A DNA stretch of 13,697 nt from Myxococcales bacterium (lineage in GTDB: Bacteria > Myxococcota_A > UBA9042), in NCBI GenBank assembly GCA_037441385.1, contig JBBISH010000150.1, forward strand, positions 1 through 13,697, in the 5' to 3' direction. The notes beneath the pieces are model-generated. The model saw only the letters and a program-made list of their open reading frames with translations, was not told the DNA's origin and did no database searches. Position 1 is the stretch's first letter; every line of letters starts with the position of its first letter. The translations under genes were made by a program, and so were the position numbers. Below are positions 7,776-13,697 of the stretch, in pieces.

Positions 7776-9305
7776 ATGGCCAGCCGTTTCGACCCCTTCG
7801 CCCTAGACCGCCGTCAATTCCTTGGCTTGGCCGCCGCCGGTGGCACCGCACTGCTCGCCCAACCGCTGCTTTCCGGGTCGCTGTCGGCCGAGCCCGCGCC
7901 GCAGAAGGCGGCGTTCGGGATTCCGATCGAGGACTTGCAGGCCGTGATGGCGGTGGCGATGGCCCGCGGCGCGACGTTCGCCGACCTCTACTTCGAGCGC
8001 ACCCGCAGCGTGTCGCTCAGCCTGGAAGACGACAAGATCAGCCGCGCCTACACCAGCTCGGACCTGGGCATGGGCGTGCGGGTGGTCAAGGGCGACGCGG
8101 TGGGCTACGCCTTTAGCGAAGTGTTGGATCTCAAAGCGATGAAGCAGGCCGCCGCCACCGCTGCCGCCATCGCCGAGGGCAAGAGCGACGCCAAGCCGGC
8201 GGCGGTGCAAGTGGCCAAGCTGCCCAAGTTTTACGACGTGGACTACCGCTTTGCCGCCATCGACCTGGCCAAGAAGAAGGCGCTGGTGCAAGAGGTCAAC
8301 GGCCAGATCCGCAAGAAAGACGCCCGCATCCTAAAGGTGAGCGTCAGCTATGCCGACAGCGACCGCGAGGTGCTGGTCCTGACCAGCGACGGCCTGCTGG
8401 CCCACGACCACCAGCCGATGGTGCGCCTCATCGCCAACTGCGTGGCCGAGCAGGGCGGCCGCCGCGAGACGGGCATGTACAACATCGCCTCGCGCCACGG
8501 CTTTGACCTGTTCGACCCCAAGACCGTGACGCGCCTCTGCGACGAAGCCGTGCGCCGCACGGTGGGCATGTTCGAGGCGGTGACCCCCAAAGGTGGCGAG
8601 ATGCCAGTCGTTTTGGGTGCGGGACCCAGCGGCATCCTACTGCACGAGGCCATCGGCCACGGCATGGAAGCCGACTTCAACCGCAAGAACACCAGCATTT
8701 ACGCCACCAAGATCGGCAAGCCGGTGGCCGAAAAGTTCGTCACCATCGTCGACGACGCTACGCTGCCCGACGCGCGCGGCTCCATTCACGTGGACGACGA
8801 AGGCACCCAGGGTCAGCGCACCGTCCTGGTCGACGGCGGCACCATGGCCTCGTACCTGCACGACCGCATCAGCGCCGCGCATTACGGCCTGAAGTCCACG
8901 GGTTCGGGTCGGCGCGAATCGTTCCGCTTTGTGCCGATGCCGCGCATGCGCTCGACCTACATGCAGCCCGGCCCGCACCGCAAAGACGAGATCATCGCCA
9001 GCGTCAAGAAGGGCATCTACTGCGAATCCTTCAGCAATGGCCAGGTCAACATCGGCGGCGGCGATTACACGTTCTTCTTGAAGACCGGCTACCTCATCGA
9101 AGACGGCAAGCTGGGCCGGCCGATCAAGGACGTCAACCTCATCGGCAACGGCCCGGATACCCTGAGCAAGATCAGCATGGTGGCCAATGACCTGGTCATC
9201 GACGAGGGCGGCTGGACCTGCGGCAAGAACGGCCAGAGCGTGCCGGTGTCGCAGGGGATGCCCACGGTGCTGGTCAAGTCGCTGACGGTGGGAGGTGCGG
9301 CATGA
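7776..9305 (+). CDS. tldD: TldD metallopeptidase catalytic subunit with an N-terminal twin-arginine signal peptide (509 aa)
   Basis: GATFADLYFE, GMGVRVVKG, metal-binding LLHEAIGHGMEADFNRK (HExxGH), DDEGT, GSGRRESF, PMPRMRSTYM, and C-terminal CGKNGQSVPV with the Cys ligand. The N-terminus DRRQFLGLAAAGGTALLA fits the Tat consensus. Confidence 0.95.
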   Translation: MASRFDPFALDRRQFLGLAAAGGTALLAQPLLSGSLSAEPAPQKAAFGIPIEDLQAVMAVAMARGATFADLYFERTRSVSLSLEDDKISRAYTSSDLGMGVRVVKGDAVGYAFSEVLDLKAMKQAAATAAAIAEGKSDAKPAAVQVAKLPKFYDVDYRFAAIDLAKKKALVQEVNGQIRKKDARILKVSVSYADSDREVLVLTSDGLLAHDHQPMVRLIANCVAEQGGRRETGMYNIASRHGFDLFDPKTVTRLCDEAVRRTVGMFEAVTPKGGEMPVVLGAGPSGILLHEAIGHGMEADFNRKNTSIYATKIGKPVAEKFVTIVDDATLPDARGSIHVDDEGTQGQRTVLVDGGTMASYLHDRISAAHYGLKSTGSGRRESFRFVPMPRMRSTYMQPGPHRKDEIIASVKKGIYCESFSNGQVNIGGGDYTFFLKTGYLIEDGKLGRPIKDVNLIGNGPDTLSKISMVANDLVIDEGGWTCGKNGQSVPVSQGMPTVLVKSLTVGGAA

Positions 9306-10627
9306 GCAACAAAGCCGCGAATTCCAAGGCATTGGCCCTGGCCGACCACACCCTGGACCTGCTCAAGAAGGCTGGCGTGCAGCAGGCCCTGGCCAGCGCG
9401 CGTTTGTCGCGCAGTGTCGAGACCCAGGCCCGCGACGGCAAGATCGAGAAGCTGCAAGAGGCGCAGTCGGCCAGTCTGACCGTGCACCTGTACGTGGATG
9501 GTCGATACGCCGCTCACAATACCAGCGACTTGCGGCCCGGCGAGCTGCAGTCCTTCCTGGCCGATGCCGTGGCTCTGACGCGGATGCTCGACCCCGATCC
9601 CGACCGCAGCCTGCCTGCCGCCAATCGCGCCGCCAAATCGAGCGACGCGCTGGCCCTCTACGACGCCGGCTACGCCAAGATCGACGCCGATGCCCGCAAG
9701 CACCTGGTCATGGAAGTGGACGCCGCCAGCCGCAGCGACAAGCGAGTCATCTCGGCCACTGCGAATTTCAGCGACGAAGACAGCGACTGGGCCATCGCCG
9801 CCAGCAACGGCACCCGCGCCAGCCAGCGCAGCACCAGCTACAGCTTGGGCACCGAAGTCACCGTGGGCGACGGCGACAAGCGGCCCGAAGACTGGTGGTA
9901 CGTCGGCGCGCGCACACTGGCCAGCCTGCAGAAGCCGGCCGAGATCGGCGCCGAGGCTGCCCGGCGGGCCCTGGCGCGGGTGGGCGCCAAGAAGGACCCC
10001 AGCGGCAAGTTCACGCTGGTCGTGGAAAATCGCGCCGCGGGCCGGCTGGTTTCGCACTGGCTGCAGGCGCTCCTGGGCGGCAACCTGCAGCAGAAGCGCT
10101 CGTTCTTGGACGGCAAGCTGGGCACGGCCATTGCCAGTCCGCTCTTGACGTTGCGCGACGAGCCGGACCTGCTGGTCAGCATGGGCGCGCGCAGTTTTGA
10201 CCGCGAGGGCATGGCGGCGCAGCGCCTGGACGTGGTCGACAAGGGCGTGCTCAAGAACTACTACCTGGATTGGTACTACGCGCAAAAGCTGAAGATGTCC
10301 GCCACGACCGGCTCGTTGTCTACGCTCAGCCTGCCCGGTGGCAGCGGCGACCTGGCCAAGCTCGTCGCGGGCATCGACCGCGGCATCCTGGTCACCTCGT
10401 TCAACGGCGGCAATTCCAACAGCTTGACCGGCGATTTCTCGCTGGGCATCCAGGGGCGCCGCATCGAGAAGGGGGTGCTGACCGGCCCGCTGACCGAGAT
10501 GAACCTGACCGGCAACCACACCAGCTTCTGGCAAACCCTGAAGGCGGTGGGCGGCGATCCGTACCCGCACAGCAGCTTGCGCATGCCGTCGCTGGTCTTT
10601 GATGGCGCGGCCGTGGCCGGTTCGTAG
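9302..10627 (+). CDS. pmbA: TldE/PmbA non-catalytic subunit (441 aa)
   Basis: ATGA overlap with the tldD stop and GGAGGT RBS. Motifs RDGKIEKL, SFLDGKLG..IASPLLTLRDEP, SFDREG, GGNSNSLTGDFS, EMNLTGN, PSLVFD. No HExxxH and no signal peptide. Confidence 0.92.
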   Translation: MSNKAANSKALALADHTLDLLKKAGVQQALASARLSRSVETQARDGKIEKLQEAQSASLTVHLYVDGRYAAHNTSDLRPGELQSFLADAVALTRMLDPDPDRSLPAANRAAKSSDALALYDAGYAKIDADARKHLVMEVDAASRSDKRVISATANFSDEDSDWAIAASNGTRASQRSTSYSLGTEVTVGDGDKRPEDWWYVGARTLASLQKPAEIGAEAARRALARVGAKKDPSGKFTLVVENRAAGRLVSHWLQALLGGNLQQKRSFLDGKLGTAIASPLLTLRDEPDLLVSMGARSFDREGMAAQRLDVVDKGVLKNYYLDWYYAQKLKMSATTGSLSTLSLPGGSGDLAKLVAGIDRGILVTSFNGGNSNSLTGDFSLGIQGRRIEKGVLTGPLTEMNLTGNHTSFWQTLKAVGGDPYPHSSLRMPSLVFDGAAVAGS

Positions 10628-10654
10628 CCCTTTTCTGCCACACGAGCGCCGAAC

Positions 10655-11230
10655 ATGCTCTGTCTCCGATCCAACACCGAAGCGCAATGGCTAGAGCGGG
10701 CCTGCGCTAACACCGCGGAAATCCTGATCGATCACGCCCACTGCGAGCGCAAGGCCGCCAGCCAAGCCCTGGCCATGCTGGCGCGCTTCCCGGATCGCAC
10801 CGAGCTGGTGGCGCCGATGCTCGCGTTGGCGCGCGAGGAGTTGGAGCACTTTGAGCTCGTGATGGCCGCGCTGCCGCGCTATGGCGCCCAGATGGCGGCG
10901 CAGGTCAGCTCGGGGTACCAGACCGAGTTGCACGCGGTCGTGCGCAAGACCATGCCCGGCAAGTTGGTCGATCTGCTCTTGGTGGCCGCACTCATCGAGG
11001 CGCGTTCGTGCGAGCGCTTCAAGCTGCTGAGCGAGCACCACCCCGACGCGGACTTGCGGGTCTTCTTCCGCAGCCTGCTCGAGTCCGAGGCCCGGCACCA
11101 TGCCACCTTTGTAAAGCTTGCTGAAGGGGTTGCCGATCGCGACTCGGTGCGCCAGCGCTTGGGCGAGCTGGCCGAGCATGAACGAAGCGTGCTGCAGGGT
11201 ATGCCGCAACTGCCCAGAATTCATACGTGA
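10655..11230 (+). CDS. miaE: tRNA 2-methylthio-N6-isopentenyladenosine(37) hydroxylase, ferritin-like di-iron enzyme (191 aa)
   Basis: Characteristic motifs ILIDHAHCERKAA, LAREELEHF, LLVAALIEARSCERF, LLESEARH and terminal PRIH. Confidence 0.93.
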   Translation: MLCLRSNTEAQWLERACANTAEILIDHAHCERKAASQALAMLARFPDRTELVAPMLALAREELEHFELVMAALPRYGAQMAAQVSSGYQTELHAVVRKTMPGKLVDLLLVAALIEARSCERFKLLSEHHPDADLRVFFRSLLESEARHHATFVKLAEGVADRDSVRQRLGELAEHERSVLQGMPQLPRIHT

Positions 11231-11484
11231 AGACGTTGGGGAAGACGGCTCTTGTACAAGACTTAACATTTGCGCCACCGTAGCTACATACATATGTCTT
11301 CACGTCTCGCGAACACGTTGTGGTGTTTCGCTACACATGTGAATTTGGGTAAACAAGAACCCGCCATGCTGCTCATTGCGTCTGGTTCCTGGTAGCCTGA
11401 AGCTAGCTGCCGTTTGCGTCCGCAGGCGGCCTCAGTCCCCGTTCCCGTGCACGATTGCGTTGATTGCCTGCGACCTCTGCGTCA

Positions 11485-11539
11485 GTTCCTGCTGAGCCTA
11501 TTCCTGCTGAGCCTGTTCCTGCTGAGCCTGTTCCTGCTG
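11485..11539. repeat. 15-bp tandem repeat (G/A)TTCCTGCTGAGCCT, three full copies plus a 10-bp partial
   Basis: Copies at 11485-11499, 11500-11514, 11515-11529 and partial 11530-11539; a degenerate copy GTTTCTGCTG sits at 11551-11560. Confidence 0.95.
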
Positions 11540-11635
11540 TGCGTACGTCTGTTTCTGCTGTGTGCCCGTCGCCCGAGCGCTCCCCCGCGCTAGTTGCAAC
11601 AGCCCCCGGTTCGACATCCAAGCGAGTGCAGCCCA

Positions 11636-13120
11636 ATGCGCGTTCTGTTGCTAAATCCACCGGTTCCGGGTCGAGGTTTCACCAACCGCGACCTGATGGG
11701 TGGTATGGGCATCGACGACGACTTTGGGACGACGCTGCCGTCGCAGTATCTGGCCTTTGCCAAGTATCAGGGGATTCACATCCCAGTGCTGGCACTGGGT
11801 TACGCGGCGTCCATTCTGCGGCGCGCCGGTCACCAGGTGGTCGTGCTGGACCAAGCGCGCCACGACCCGAGCGAACCGGGCGTGTTGCAGGCGGCGGTCG
11901 ACGCGCGGCCCGAGTGGGTGATTGCAGCCACGTCCTTGGCGTATTTTGGCGCAGAACTCGAATACCTAGAGCAACTGCGGTCGCGGACGGGGTGTCATCG
12001 CATGCTGGTCGGCAGCACGGCGGTCCACTTTGCCGCCGAGGTCGGCGAGCGGCGGGCTTGCGAAGCCATTGCCCTGGGCGACCCCGAAGTGGCCTTCGAG
12101 CTCTTGGCGCGCGGCACGCTGGTGCCAGGGGTGGCGGGTGCCGCCGTTCGGGACGTGCAGGTCGCCGATGCGCCGCTGGTGGTGGGTCAGGCGGTCTATC
12201 TTAGCGATATCGACAAGTTGCCTGTGCCGGATTGGACGGGCTTCCCGCTGGACCGCTACCGCTATTACCCGTTGCTGCGCGGTCGCGGCGTCGCGACCAT
12301 GCTGGCCTCGCGCGGTTGCCCGTATGCGTGCAACTTCTGCCCGTATCCTGTGGGCCAAGGCGTACCGTTCCGGCCGCGGGCCGTGGCGGCGGTAGTCGAC
12401 GAGATGACGGCGCTGGTGCGCGACCACGGTGTCCGCAAAATCTTGTTCCGCGACGCGACCTTTACGCTGGACATGGACCGGGCCAAGTCGCTCTGCCGGG
12501 CGATCGCTGCGGCCAAATTGCCGGTGCAGTGGGGCATCGAGACGCGTCTGGATCGCCTGGACGACGAACTGGTCGACTTGCTGGCGGCGGCCGGCTGCGC
12601 CTCGGTCACGGTGGGCGTGGACCCGGTCGACCCCAACACGCGCCGCGCGTCGCACCGCAAGGGCTACGGCGAGGACCATGCCAAAGCGATGCTCGAGCGT
12701 CTGCGGCGGCGCAAGGTGGCCAGTGCGGGCCTGTTCGTGGTGGGCTTGCCCGACCAGACCGAAGAGGAACTGCGCGCCGGCTTTGCCTGGATCGAAAGCA
12801 CGGCGCTGACCTACATTGCCTACCATCAGGCGACGGTGTTCCCGGGCACGGCGCTGTACCGCGAAGCCGTGGCCAAGGGCTGGTTTGCGCCGTTGACCTT
12901 GGCGGATCTAATGCGCGGCGAGCCCAAACTCAGCTTCAATGGCCGCATCGCCGCCGCGCGGATCCGCGAGCTGCAAGACGAAGCCCTGCGGCGCTTTTAC
13001 CGCCAACCCAAGCGGGCGCTGGCCGAGATGACCCGCGGCGAGACGGCCCAGAGCCTGGCTTTCTATGGCGAAACCGCGGCCCGGTTCGTGCTGCAACGGC
13101 TCAGCACAGAATTGAGCTGA
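11636..13120 (+). CDS. Cobalamin-binding domain radical SAM protein (class B methyltransferase / BchE-HpnJ-like superfamily, 494 aa)
   Basis: B12-binding-type N-terminus MRVLLLNPP...PVLALGYAASILRRAGHQVVVLD; IDKLPVPDW linker; ASRGCPYACNFC (CxxxCxxC); FRDATFT; FVVGLP; TVFPGTALY. The ATG at 11636 is preferred to the TTG at 11594 because the family typically begins MRVLLLNPP. Confidence 0.92.
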   Translation: MRVLLLNPPVPGRGFTNRDLMGGMGIDDDFGTTLPSQYLAFAKYQGIHIPVLALGYAASILRRAGHQVVVLDQARHDPSEPGVLQAAVDARPEWVIAATSLAYFGAELEYLEQLRSRTGCHRMLVGSTAVHFAAEVGERRACEAIALGDPEVAFELLARGTLVPGVAGAAVRDVQVADAPLVVGQAVYLSDIDKLPVPDWTGFPLDRYRYYPLLRGRGVATMLASRGCPYACNFCPYPVGQGVPFRPRAVAAVVDEMTALVRDHGVRKILFRDATFTLDMDRAKSLCRAIAAAKLPVQWGIETRLDRLDDELVDLLAAAGCASVTVGVDPVDPNTRRASHRKGYGEDHAKAMLERLRRRKVASAGLFVVGLPDQTEEELRAGFAWIESTALTYIAYHQATVFPGTALYREAVAKGWFAPLTLADLMRGEPKLSFNGRIAAARIRELQDEALRRFYRQPKRALAEMTRGETAQSLAFYGETAARFVLQRLSTELS

Positions 13121-13132
13121 GCGGAAACGCAC

Positions 13133-13697
13133 TTGCCCCCCTCTGCCCATCTGACCAACAGTCTGGCCGACGGGCAATTCGCAGTGTTGGCGCTGGCGTT
13201 GGTGGCCGCGGTCACTTTGGCGGCGGCCGCGTGGACGGCCCGGTCGGCGCGGCGGGCATGGTTGCTGCTAGCGGCGCTTGTGGTCGTGGCCACGGCGGCG
13301 CGTGGGCTGGCCGCCTGGGGGCCAGGCGATCTGGCTGAGGCGCGCCGGTGGGACGTGCTGTATGCGCTGCAGCCGGATAGTCGCCCGCTCTTCTACGGAG
13401 TTCCAACCCTGGTCGAGCTGTTGGCACGGGCCGGTGTGCCGTCGTTGGCGCTGTACCGCGGCTTTGGCTTGGCCAGCGGGGCCCTGGCCGTGACGGCGAC
13501 GGCGGCGCTGGCGTTGGCCCTGGAACTGCCGCTGCTGTGGGCCGGCGTGGCCGGGTTGCTGGTGGCGCTGTGGCCTGCGCACGTGCACTACTCGGTCAGC
13601 GGCGGTTTTTCGGTTCTGGCGGGAGCCGCGGTGGCGGGCGCGCTGGCCGCGGCCCGCGCGGACCTGCTGCGAGGCGCTTGGCGGCCCGCGGCCGTGG
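13133..13697 (+). CDS. Polytopic membrane protein, possibly a GT-C fold (ArnT/PMT-like, GT39-type) glycosyltransferase (3' end outside the window)
   Basis: Translated by hand from TTG 13133, open to the edge: MPPSAHLTNSLADGQFAVLALALVAAVTLAAAAW...LYRGFGLASGALAV...AGVAGLLVALWPAHVHYS. Several hydrophobic helices and a 'llalxPxhxxyS' motif recalled from PMT_2-type proteins. The start codon is uncertain. Confidence 0.65.
   Translation, partial: MPPSAHLTNSLADGQFAVLALALVAAVTLAAAAWTARSARRAWLLLAALVVVATAARGLAAWGPGDLAEARRWDVLYALQPDSRPLFYGVPTLVELLARAGVPSLALYRGFGLASGALAVTATAALALALELPLLWAGVAGLLVALWPAHVHYSVSGGFSVLAGAAVAGALAAARADLLRGAWRPAAV

Noticed and set aside
9089..10687. 532-aa minus-strand ORF
   Set aside because: Antisense shadow of pmbA with no domain features.
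11485..11560. Possible CRISPR array
   Set aside because: The units are 15 bp and directly adjacent, with no unique spacers and no cas genes.
11231..11635. Cobalamin riboswitch upstream of the B12 radical SAM gene
   Set aside because: I could not find the conserved elements (AGGGAA, CCCGCAACTGT, GCCACTG...GGGAAG, B12 box). An Rfam scan would settle it.
11594..11635. N-terminal extension of the radical SAM ORF from TTG 11594
   Set aside because: No RBS, and the family-typical start MRVLLLNPP begins at ATG 11636.
11636..13120. Radical SAM gene as miaB partnering miaE
   Set aside because: It lacks the MiaB N-terminal UPF0004 Cys motif and the C-terminal TRAM domain, and has a B12-binding-type N-terminus instead.

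Overview
GC-rich bacterial DNA, probably Myxococcota or another deltaproteobacterium. The taxonomy is inferred from an AgmX/PglI-type domain and a Cys/Asp-rich lipoprotein. From left to right: (1) a large minus-strand lipoprotein with thrombospondin type-3 and MopE-like Cys/Asp repeats, absent from the ORF track because it runs off the left edge; (2) a divergent secreted Pro/Gly/Tyr/Trp-rich protein; (3) an intergenic stretch with two different palindromic REP/REPIN/MITE-like elements; (4) a closely spaced plus-strand run of a VIT-vWA-AgmX/TonB_C-like-TPR-YfaP lipoprotein, a TldD with a Tat signal, a TldE/PmbA without a signal, and miaE; (5) a ~400 bp spacer with palindromes and a 15-bp tandem repeat; (6) a B12-binding radical SAM gene, then a polytopic GT-C-like membrane protein running off the right edge. 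The best candidate for an uncharacterised system is an exported TldDE peptidase (Tat signal on TldD only) encoded next to a multidomain envelope lipoprotein. All family assignments come from motif recognition by eye; no searches were run.
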